In this document: piece after piece, positions 1-7,933 of the stretch | Numbering within the stretch: the stretch's first letter is position 1 | How the letters are laid out: each line of letters begins with the position of its first letter | Assembly: GCA_963814275.1 (NCBI GenBank) | Contig: CAWFCE010000001.1 | Location: 259,307 to 323,306 of the forward strand | Source: Candidatus Parcubacteria bacterium | Lineage (GTDB): Bacteria; Patescibacteriota; Patescibacteriia; Patescibacteriales; UBA12075 | DNA: 64,000 nt | Reading direction: 5' to 3' | The notes under the pieces: model-generated | Database searches by the model: none | What the model was told of the DNA's origin: nothing | Seen by the model: only the letters and a program-made list of their open reading frames with translations | Program-made: the position numbers and the translations under genes

Positions 1-352
1 TTATTTTATGTTAGTTTTGCTACGTAATTTGTGCTATGTGCTACGTGCTATGTGCTGCGTGATATATGCTGCTTGGTAATTAAATTAAACGCAAAATAAT
101 CGTATTATATTTATTATTAGCCATAAGTTGATACGTATACTTATCCACAGCCTAGTACCTTGCATTACAAGGTAATATGTGATATGATGTATGTATAAAG
201 TTAAACAGCAAAATTTTATTTATCAGAAAATTATTTATCGGCGATATATCAGCGGATTAATCAGCGCCTACTCAGCGGACCGAAGATGACGGTATATCCT
301 AATTGTTTTAAGCCCTATACTTCGGCAAAAAACTAAAACTAATTGAAATATC

Positions 353-706
353 ATGGATGAGAAATTGAAAAAAGATATTGAGAACACCAGGGCGCAGATG
401 CGCAAGGGTTTTTTGGAGTACTGCATCCTTTTGGTGATATTCCGGGGGAAGATGTATGCAAGCGATATTATCGGCAAGCTGAAGCAGGCGAACCTGATAG
501 TCGTGGAAGGTACGATCTATCCGCTCCTTACCCGTCTTAAAAATTCCGCTCTCCTGGATTACACCTGGGAAGAGTCATCGAGCGGACCGCCGCGCAAATA
601 TTATTTTCTGACCGAAACCGGAAAGGAAACGATCGAATCGCTTACGGAAACCTGGCAGGACCTCAAAAAAACCATTGAGTCATTGGTCAAGAAAAAAGAC
701 AAATGA
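353..706 (+). CDS. PadR family transcriptional regulator
   Basis: 117-aa ORF with the PadR winged-helix signature (GTIYPLLTRL...PPRKYYFLTETG). It sits directly upstream of a PspC-domain gene, a common pairing. Confidence 0.85.
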   Translation: MDEKLKKDIENTRAQMRKGFLEYCILLVIFRGKMYASDIIGKLKQANLIVVEGTIYPLLTRLKNSALLDYTWEESSSGPPRKYYFLTETGKETIESLTETWQDLKKTIESLVKKKDK

Positions 707-893
707 CAGTTCACGCGAATATACGAATTTAACTACAAATTTACAAATTACAAATAACATTGGACAAGAAAGCAATTTTCCGCGAAGTATCCGCGTAGTA
801 ATCAGCGTAAAATCCGCGGAAAAAGAGTTTTTAGATTATATTGTTTATTAAATAGAAAAAAGTCTATATTTGATATTAATTCTATTTAACTTT

Positions 894-2681
894 ATGAATA
901 AAACAGTTACAGTCAATTTGAGCGGCATCGTATTCACTCTGGATGAGAATGCATACGAAAGCTTGAATAAATATCTTGATGCCATCAAGTCGCATTTCAA
1001 GGCTACCGAAAACGGCAGCGAGATCGTGGCTGATATCGAAAGCTCGATCGCGGAAAAACTGGGAGAAAAGATAAATAAGAATAAGCAAGTGGTCACCAAG
1101 GGCGACATCGATGAATTGATCAAGATAATGGGCACGGTGGACGATATCATCCGGGAAGATACCCGGTCCGAAGCCGGCGAAGGGGAAGAGGACGGCAAGC
1201 CCAGGCAGGACAAAAGCGGCCGGAAAGAATACCAGACCGGCCGCCGCCTGTACCGCAATCCCGACGACGTGGTAATTGCCGGAGTCTGTTCCGGCCTGGC
1301 GGCTTTTTTCGGGATCGATCCGGTGATCGTGCGCCTGCTGTTTGCCATTTCGGTCTTTTTCGGCGGCGCCGGCGTCATTATCTATATCGTCCTTTGGGTC
1401 GTAATGCCGGAAGCGAAAACCGGCGCCCAAAAGCTGGAAATGCAGGGAGATGCGGTTACGCTCGAAAAACTGGAACAGGCAGCCAAGGAAAAATCATCCA
1501 GAATCCGGAAAATGGACGTAAGCGGCGTTCGGCGCTTTATTTCACTGCCCTTCCGGTTTCTCGGCGCTTTGTTCCGGGTGTTTGGCCGCGTGGCCAGGAA
1601 GTTCGCGTGGGTGGTCGCGGCTATTGTCGGCCTGGCGATCATGATCGGAACAATATTCGCCATGACCGCTACCGGCCTGACCGCCGCCACCCTGATTTTC
1701 AATCTCGACTCGCCGTATATCCATTCCGATATCCCATTGGCGGAAATGGTCCAGTCGGTTCCGGAGTTTTACCTGGGTGTGATCTCCCTGTTTATTGTGA
1801 TATTCGTTCCTCTGGTGTTCATATTGCTTCTCGGCTCCGCATTGGTCAGCCGCAAAAATACCTTTCGGGCCGCATCCAACAGCGTTTTGATCGGAATATG
1901 GATGATCGCGGTGATCGTGTTCGGCGTGGTCGCGCTCGATACCGCGCCGGTAATACAGGGCCGGATCGATGAATATCGGGAAACGAACCCGGTAGTCCGC
2001 GAATTCGATTATAGTGATTTTGACAAAGTGCTTGTCATGGACGGCCATCGGGCGACGATAACTCCGGGTGACGAATACCGGATCAGCGCCCGCGGCCGGG
2101 AAGCGGACATCGAGAAGCTTCGTTTGTCGGTAGCGGATAGGCGCCTGACGATCGACCAGGCACGTCCGAACGGCATTTGCCTGTTCTGTTTCGGGGGCAG
2201 CGGCGTCGAATTCGATATCACCATGCCCGAACTCATAGAGATAACCGCGCCGGGCGCGAGCCGGGTGACGGCACAGGGCTTCGAGGGTGATGAACTTAAC
2301 CTGGAGATTTACGGCGCTTCCAATGCCGATTTCGAAGGAAATTATAAAACCATCAATAGCCGGTTGTCCGGCGGCGCCAGACTGGATCTGTCCGCGTCAA
2401 CCACGGCAATTACGATCGAGACCTCCGGAGCGCCGCGGATCAATCTGAGCGGCACAGGCAAGGACCTCGAAGCTGAATTATTCGGCGTCACGAAACTGAA
2501 TGGCTTTGAATTTATTGCGGAAAACGCCGACATCATGGCCGATGGCGCCAGCCAGGCGGAACTGAGCGTTACCGGATTGCTAAAAGCCGAAGCGGATGGC
2601 GCGGCCAAAATATATTATCGCGGCGACCCGGCAGTTAATTATATAACTGATGGAGTGGGGGAGGTCAGGAAGATGGAATGA
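894..2681 (+). CDS. PspC-domain membrane protein with C-terminal DUF2807/DUF4097-like beta-helical repeats
   Basis: PspC motif LYRNPDDVVIAGVCSGLAAFFGIDPVIVRLLF, followed by TM helices. The C-terminal repeated G-x-S/A segments are typical of putative adhesin head (GIN) domains. The start is moved to the ATG at 894 (MNKTVTVNL), inside the 870 ORF. Confidence 0.75.
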   Translation: MNKTVTVNLSGIVFTLDENAYESLNKYLDAIKSHFKATENGSEIVADIESSIAEKLGEKINKNKQVVTKGDIDELIKIMGTVDDIIREDTRSEAGEGEEDGKPRQDKSGRKEYQTGRRLYRNPDDVVIAGVCSGLAAFFGIDPVIVRLLFAISVFFGGAGVIIYIVLWVVMPEAKTGAQKLEMQGDAVTLEKLEQAAKEKSSRIRKMDVSGVRRFISLPFRFLGALFRVFGRVARKFAWVVAAIVGLAIMIGTIFAMTATGLTAATLIFNLDSPYIHSDIPLAEMVQSVPEFYLGVISLFIVIFVPLVFILLLGSALVSRKNTFRAASNSVLIGIWMIAVIVFGVVALDTAPVIQGRIDEYRETNPVVREFDYSDFDKVLVMDGHRATITPGDEYRISARGREADIEKLRLSVADRRLTIDQARPNGICLFCFGGSGVEFDITMPELIEITAPGASRVTAQGFEGDELNLEIYGASNADFEGNYKTINSRLSGGARLDLSASTTAITIETSGAPRINLSGTGKDLEAELFGVTKLNGFEFIAENADIMADGASQAELSVTGLLKAEADGAAKIYYRGDPAVNYITDGVGEVRKME

Positions 2682-2692
2682 CATGTAACAGA

Positions 2693-2876
2693 GAACACAT
2701 AGCACATAGCACGTAGCACAGAGCATACGTCTCATTTATTTGCGGTGGGCGTTTTTTTGTTGGGAAATACTTTTGATTTCAGTATTTTTGTGTTTAGCAT
2801 AAATAATGGCTTGAAATGCAAAAGCAATTTTTTATTTTATTTTTTGTTGCGTGCTGTGTGAAATGTGCTGTGTGAT
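2693..2876. repeat. Intergenic word palindrome (CA-word arm cacatagcac..., GT-word arm gtgctgtgtg...)
   Basis: 2693-2731 is aacacatagcacatagcacgtagcacagagc; 2841-2876 is gcgtgctgtgtgaaatgtgctgtgtg, the inverse word. An 18-nt exact inverted match (tgctacgtgctatgtgct) also occurs at about 30-60, at the window start. Confidence 0.7.
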
Positions 2877-2892
2877 ATAAATATTTTATATA

Positions 2893-2922
2893 TTGACACC
2901 CCCTGGGGGTGTATGATATAAT
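2893..2922 (+). promoter_or_regulatory. Sigma-70-like promoter with an embedded CsoR-type GC-rich palindromic operator
   Basis: TTGACA (2893-2898), 18-nt spacer, TATAAT (2917-2922). A 17-bp palindrome, ACACCCCC-T-GGGGGTGT (2896-2912), lies between the -35 and -10 elements and resembles C/G-tract operators of CsoR/RcnR family repressors. Confidence 0.55.
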
Positions 2923-2962
2923 GGTTTTATCGGCAGTATTATTAGAATGTTTATCTAATATT

Positions 2963-3205
2963 ATGAAAAATATCATTCAACTTAATAATAATCTGATTGG
3001 CCAGCTCCAGGGTATCAACCGGATGATCGATGAAGGCAAGGAATGCCTGGCCGTATTGGTACAGATGAAGGCGGTCAGGAGCGGATTGAATTCGGTCATG
3101 GATAAGTATATAATGGAGCATATGAATGCTTGCCTGGAAAAGGGCGTAAATAAGAGTGACGCCGTAATGGTCAAGAAGCTGTTGGCAGAACTGTCAAAAC
3201 GTTAA
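2963..3205 (+). CDS. CsoR/RcnR/FrmR-family metal/stress-sensing repressor (DUF156)
   Basis: About 80 aa from MKNIIQ. The pattern L.GQLQGINRMIDEGKEC..VLVQMKAVRSGL matches the family helix core, including the conserved Cys. The start is placed at the internal ATG at 2963. Confidence 0.75.
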   Translation: MKNIIQLNNNLIGQLQGINRMIDEGKECLAVLVQMKAVRSGLNSVMDKYIMEHMNACLEKGVNKSDAVMVKKLLAELSKR

Positions 3206-3249
3206 AACATAATTGAAGTTTTATTATAGTTAATGGTAAAACAGAATTA

Positions 3250-3440
3250 TAATTATTTTTCTTGTTTATAAATTACAAACTCTAAATCCTAATTTCTAAA
3301 CAAATTTCAAATTCAAATGACACAAATTCTTAAACTCGGCTGCATATTAATATATAATTTGAGTTTACCCGGTAAAGTTTAGAATTTGAGATTTGGAACA
3401 TTGGAATTTGTTTAGGATTTAGATATTAGAATTTATTATT
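3250..3440. repeat. Intergenic word palindrome (aatttcaaa / tttgaaatt words)
   Basis: Left arm: acaaactctaaatcctaatttctaaacaaatttcaaattcaaat. Right arm: atttgagatttggaacattggaatttgtttaggatttagatattagaattt. This is an imperfect inverted repeat filling the spacer before trxA. Confidence 0.7.
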
Positions 3441-3497
3441 GTTGATTATTCGTAAAAATTTTATTAAAGTTTACTAATAATTAAATAAATTAAAATT

Positions 3498-3821
3498 ATG
3501 ACAATGCAATTTACAGATGAGAATTTTCAGAAGGAAGTGATCGATGCTTCCAAGACCAAGCCGGTGCTGGTGGATTTTTTCGCCAATTGGTGCGGACCAT
3601 GCAAGATGCAGGGGCCGATCGTTGAGGAAGTCGCCAAGGATATGGAAGGCAAAGCGGTTATTGGCAAGCTGGATACGGAAGCGGCCCAGGCAACCGCCGC
3701 CCGCTACGGTATCATGAGTATTCCCACTCTGATGATCTTCAAGGATGGCAATCCGGTCGAAACCATGGTCGGCATGCAGCCCAAGGAAGGATTGGTGGCA
3801 AACCTGGAAAAACATATGTGA
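3498..3821 (+). CDS. trxA: Thioredoxin
   Basis: 107 aa with the WCGPC active site and a typical thioredoxin-fold sequence. Confidence 0.95.
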   Translation: MTMQFTDENFQKEVIDASKTKPVLVDFFANWCGPCKMQGPIVEEVAKDMEGKAVIGKLDTEAAQATAARYGIMSIPTLMIFKDGNPVETMVGMQPKEGLVANLEKHM

Positions 3822-3840
3822 ATAGTCAGTATTTTGAAAT

Positions 3841-3870
3841 AAAAGCTCCGGTGTAATCCGGAGCTTTTTG
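3841..3870 (+). terminator. Rho-independent terminator after trxA
   Basis: Hairpin aaaagctccgg-tgtaa-tccggagc followed by ttttt. Confidence 0.7.
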
Positions 3871-3892
3871 GATTTTTAAAAGTTGGTTTGAA

Positions 3893-4025
3893 CAATAACC
3901 AATTACCAAGATACAATAACCAAACAATATCCAAATCCCAATATCCAATATTTAAATACCTTGATTATTCGGTAATTTGTTACACAATATTTGTTTGGTT
4001 ACTGCATCTTGCGCCTTGGTCATTT
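3893..4025. repeat. Intergenic word palindrome (aataaccaa / ttggttatt words)
   Basis: Left arm: aacaataaccaattaccaagatacaataaccaaacaatatccaaat. Right arm: ttgattattcggtaatttgttacacaatatttgtttggttac. The same word family recurs at 9060-9130 and 26972-27105. Confidence 0.7.
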
Positions 4026-4209
4026 TTAACGCGTTTTTACTTATAATTTTTGTACAACGGAAAAAACAGGATAAATACTTATTTTCATTGGTAATAACAG
4101 TTTTTTTACGCTATAATGTTTAATATGGAAAGTAGAGACTGTGGAAAAGCCTTTAAATCCATGTATAAATATCCATATAATTATTAAAGTTTTAAAGAAC
4201 ACAAATTGT

Positions 4210-4491
4210 ATGGCAAAAATGACAAAGTCGCAAATGCTCGCGGTTTTATCCGAAAAAACCAGCCTGAGCAAAAAGGACGTTAACATGGTCCTCGATGAGT
4301 TGACTTCTATGGCCTATTCAGAGGTCAAAAAAGGCGGTGAATTCGTGGTTCCTGGTTTCGGAAAGCTGGTAAAGGCGCATCGCAAGGCCCGCAACGGCCG
4401 CAATCCCGCTACCGGTGAAACGATCAAGATCCCGGCCAAAACCGTGGTCAAGTTCCGTCTGTCAAAAGCGGTTAAGGACGCCGTTTTGTAG
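4210..4491 (+). CDS. hup: HU/IHF-family nucleoid DNA-binding protein
   Basis: MAKMTKSQMLAVL...ARNGRNPATGETIKIPAKTVVKFRLSKAVKDAV is the classic HU beta-arm motif. The start is at ATG 4210. Confidence 0.9.
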   Translation: MAKMTKSQMLAVLSEKTSLSKKDVNMVLDELTSMAYSEVKKGGEFVVPGFGKLVKAHRKARNGRNPATGETIKIPAKTVVKFRLSKAVKDAVL

Positions 4492-4647
4492 TAGTTACGC
4501 TTGGATTGGGCTTATATGGAATTGTGAGTATTGGCAGTGTAATGAAGTTTTATATTCATTTTTCCGCGGATGCTACGCGGATCAATACGCGGATCGTACG
4601 CTGAAGTTTGCTTGAGCAGACGTGAATACAGCCAAGTCAAATACGAA

Positions 4648-4677
4648 ATACCCCCGAGCACTCGGGGGTATTTTTTG
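4648..4677 (+). terminator. Rho-independent terminator
   Basis: Hairpin atacccccgag-ca-ctcgggggtat followed by tttttt. Confidence 0.6.
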
Positions 4678-4943
4678 TTGTATACAAAAACACAAAAACC
4701 ATATTGCAAAAGACCGGTGCATCGCGCAGGTTACACGAGGCTTGAGTTCGTATCCCGACGAGTCATTATGCCCCCTCTGTGTGCCGCGTTACGTTCGGAC
4801 TTAAAAAGTAAAGGCAGAGACAGAAGAGGTGTCAGACGGAAAAATGCGTGTGGTGTAAATATGGAATAAAAAACCCTCGACAAACGCTATATTTCGAGGG
4901 TTTTGCTTTTTTGAAGTTTCCAGCGGTTTAACTTATAATCGCA

Positions 4944-5198
4944 TTACGGAAACATTTTTCGAAGATCGGCTTCGATGGCTTGCAGGTCGTTGTTGATCGA
5001 TTTTACAAGGTATCTGCGTGCTCTCTGAGCCGCCGTGGCGGTATCCGACTTAAGTAATTCTTCCGACAATACTCCCAGGTAAAGGATCGGAAGCTTGTTG
5101 TCGCTGAAGACTTCGTTCATCCTTTCCAACAAAACCACGATCGGTTTTATCATTTTGGGGTTTGCCGTTTCTTTCTTCTCGTCAGTTAGATCATTCAT
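4944..5198 (-). CDS. Hypothetical protein
   Basis: 84-aa ORF in an AT-rich, low-coding segment. No motif was recognised. Confidence 0.3.
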   Translation of the reverse strand: MNDLTDEKKETANPKMIKPIVVLLERMNEVFSDNKLPILYLGVLSEELLKSDTATAAQRARRYLVKSINNDLQAIEADLRKMFP

Positions 5199-5282
5199 TT
5201 TAGACCTCCCTTAATTTTTAGCGACCGCTGCTGGATTGTTTTTTTGTCTTTCCGAAATCTCTTTCTCTTTCAGCTTTCTTTA

Positions 5283-5540
5283 TCATCCCCCCGCTTCCAG
5301 ATAGATCAACTCCGTTTTAATGATGTCTAGCAGAATATCTCTGGCGAATTTGGCTGCGTCTCGGGGGTTTTTGCCTAGATCGATTTCGGTTTGGTAGGTT
5401 TTTATATAAGTTTCTTGCAGCGTAGAACCGTCCAAGGCTTTTTTCAGCTTATTCCTGAAAATTCTATCGACTGCTGTTCGGCGGGTGCCAATGCCGGGTG
5501 CCCTGGTTGCTTTGTCGTGACGTGCGGTCGGTTTTTCCAT
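5283..5540 (-). CDS. Hypothetical protein
   Basis: 85-aa ORF on the same strand as its neighbours. No motif was recognised. Confidence 0.3.
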   Translation of the reverse strand: MEKPTARHDKATRAPGIGTRRTAVDRIFRNKLKKALDGSTLQETYIKTYQTEIDLGKNPRDAAKFARDILLDIIKTELIYLEAGG

Positions 5541-5874
5541 AGGAATACTCCTTTTGAAGCGGTTATATTTTTGTTTTAGGCCGTATGTTATCGTTTTGTC
5601 CAGTATGCATTTATAGCTTCAGATTTGCGGCAAAGGTGCTTATGCCCGTATGTTTGCAACGTTAGTTGAGCCCAAGGAAAGTGAACTCGGGTATTGGTAA
5701 AGGATCTTGGAATATAGGGAATCAGTATTGTACAATCCTGACATAATCGGCCAATATCTAATATTTAATATCTGATTTTTGTATCTAGCCGCAAGTTTCT
5801 TAATAGCTAATTTTTGTTGACTGCCACATACTTGGTGCTTGCGTAATTATTGCGATTAAGTTGAAAACCAGGTG

Positions 5875-6234
5875 CTATTCGCGCCATTTGGCGATATATT
5901 GGCCGAGGCCTTCTTGGTTCAATTTATTGCGTAATTTGGTCTTGGAGTGGAGATAACGCAGGACAGAGCCGAAATCAAGGAGATAGCGGTTACCGGCGAT
6001 CTTATACCTGATTTGGCGGTCCTGGAGGGCGCGGCGCAGGGTTTTGGCGTGGACAGCGCCGAATTTGGCAGCCATGGATATGGGCACCCATAGTGTATGC
6101 CGGATTTCTTGGGAGATAATAGCTTTTATTATCTTCTCTTCCGGATTTTTCCTTGGCCGTCCCCGTTTTTTGGGTTCAGGTGAATTATTCTTCGGCGGCT
6201 GGAGCAGGATAGGAAAATTGATTGAATCAGGCAT
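5875..6234 (-). CDS. AT-hook plus helix-turn-helix (excisionase/MerR-like) DNA-binding protein
   Basis: KKRGRPRKN is an AT-hook. The C-terminal ISMAAKFGAVHAKTLRRALQDRQIRYKIAGNRYLL looks like an excisionase-type HTH. Confidence 0.5.
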   Translation of the reverse strand: MPDSINFPILLQPPKNNSPEPKKRGRPRKNPEEKIIKAIISQEIRHTLWVPISMAAKFGAVHAKTLRRALQDRQIRYKIAGNRYLLDFGSVLRYLHSKTKLRNKLNQEGLGQYIAKWRE

Positions 6235-7037
6235 TTAAAGCGATTTAAGTCTACAAATATGTATACTAAAGAAATAATTAAATCTTATATTACTATTATT
6301 TTTATTTTTAGTCTAAGTTTATTTATACTATAAATTATAATATTATATTTATTAAAAAATGTTTTTTAGATATTGTCTAGTGTAATACGATCACAGTTTA
6401 GAAGCTAGTAGATAACCGAACGTTTTTGTTGCGTTTATTGTCTATTACATTATGTACTTTAATGAATTTAATTATAAACATCTTTGCATAAAATACGGGA
6501 AATAACAAGAGTTATTTAGTTGTGAAATTTATTTACTTTTGATGGTTTTAAACATATGGCGGATTCAACCGCCTAATGTTTTTTTGTAAAAGTAATAAGT
6601 AGTAACACACAAGTAATAAGTTCTTCTTAGTTTAATGACCCTGTTTGCGGACTTTTTACTTATTACTTATGTCTTATTACTATTTAAGAATTATAACGCG
6701 AGTAAAACCATATCGGCATTTTTCTTTCCCAAATGTACATGACCTATTTAGAGGATTATATTCACATTATGTATGTTGTATATTATATTCTGCGTGTCTT
6801 GCGTACGTGACAAACTATTTACTAATCACCAATATTATGGTATTCTAAAAAGTGCCAGAGATGGTTTTTTTTTATTATCAAAAAGTTTTCCCTATCCATA
6901 TATAGTTTTCCCTCTTGAATATTAAGGAGTAAATAAACAATATTGTCCTAATATTTAGGAAAATTAATCAATAAAACGGCTCGGACGAGTCGGATTTTTG
7001 TATCTGTTTATATTTAATATTTTAATATATTTTTTAG

Positions 7038-7063
7038 TGTAACGTTTTCTCTGATTCACCGTA
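7038..7063 (+). promoter_or_regulatory. Candidate ECF-type (autoregulated) promoter
   Basis: TGTAAC-N16-CGTA lies about 30 nt upstream of the ECF sigma gene. It resembles the tGaAAC-N16-CGTa promoters of Bacillus ECF sigmas. Confidence 0.35.
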
Positions 7064-7090
7064 TTAATTAGCATACGGAAGAGACAAAGC

Positions 7091-7690
7091 GTGACCCATC
7101 CCCATTTCATGATCGCGGACAAACTCATTTACAATCGCCTGAAGAAGAAAGACAAGGATGCTTTCATCAAGGCGTATGACAAGTACCTGGAACATATCTA
7201 CCGATTTGTTTATTTCAAAGTGGGAAGCAGGGAAGAGGCGGAAGACCTGACTTCGTATATATTCTTAAAGACCTGGGACTATATCCAGAATAACCAATTG
7301 AAGGACCACAAGACCCTGAAAGCCCTGCTCTACAAAGTCGCCCGCAATGCGGTGATCGACCATTACCGGAAACAGAAACCGCTGGCAGACGCCTCGATCG
7401 ATGATGAGAACCTGGCCAGGACCCTGGTTGACGATAAACAGGACATGCATAAGCAGGTAATGATAAGCGACGAATACGAAGCGATCACGCTTAAGCTCAA
7501 AGAGTTGAAAGATGAATACCGTGAAGCGATCATCCTCCGCTATGTGAACGAAATGTCGATCGGCGAAGTGGCGGAAGCGCTGGGCAAGAACAAAGGCAAT
7601 ACCCGCGTCCTCATCTACCGCGCCCTGAACGCATTAAAAGAATTAACCGGCGAAGAAAACGATATCAATCGGAAAACAGATGACAGATAA
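7091..7690 (+). CDS. ECF (sigma-70 family, group 4) RNA polymerase sigma factor
   Basis: Region 2 (HIYRFVYFKVGSREEAEDLTSYIFLKTW) and region 4 (EYREAIILRYVNEMSIGEVAEALGKNKGNTRVLIYRAL) are both present. The start is GTG 7091 or ATG 7109. Confidence 0.85.
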   Translation: MTHPHFMIADKLIYNRLKKKDKDAFIKAYDKYLEHIYRFVYFKVGSREEAEDLTSYIFLKTWDYIQNNQLKDHKTLKALLYKVARNAVIDHYRKQKPLADASIDDENLARTLVDDKQDMHKQVMISDEYEAITLKLKELKDEYREAIILRYVNEMSIGEVAEALGKNKGNTRVLIYRALNALKELTGEENDINRKTDDR

Positions 7691-7794
7691 CAGATAACAG
7701 ATAGCAGATAGCAGAAAACAGATAACAGATAACAGAAATAAGAATAGTGTGAGTAATCAAAAATATAGAAACTATTATCCGCGTAAAATCCGCG

Positions 7795-7834
7795 CCTGCC
7801 TGCCCTGTCTGCCGACAGGCAGGCGGTAGGCAGG
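7795..7834. repeat. 40-nt cctgcc-word palindrome (copy 1)
   Basis: cctgcctgccctgtctgccgacaggcaggcggtaggcagg is self-complementary. A near-identical copy lies at 9129-9177. Confidence 0.8.
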
Positions 7835-7933
7835 TAGCAATCAGCGTACAATCCGCGGACAAAAGATCGATAGAAGTATAGTTTTATTAAATAGACCATC
7901 CACGACAGCAGCTACGCAAACTAAGTATCATAT

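Noticed and set aside
141-149. A perfect DnaA box, TTATCCACA, near the window start, suggesting oriC.
   Set aside because: Only one box was seen (a second 8/9 match is 46 kb away), there is no dnaA/dnaN neighbourhood, and no cluster of boxes. That is insufficient for an origin call.
156-174. Palindrome TACCTTG-N5-CAAGGTA upstream of the PadR gene, as a possible PadR operator.
   Set aside because: It lies about 180 nt upstream of the start with no identifiable promoter context, and does not match the ATGT/ACAT-type PadR sites recalled. It is left unannotated.
4735-4775. gagttcgtatcccgac resembling a tRNA T-arm, possibly a tRNA or att fragment.
   Set aside because: No complementary T-stem, acceptor stem or anticodon arm can be formed.
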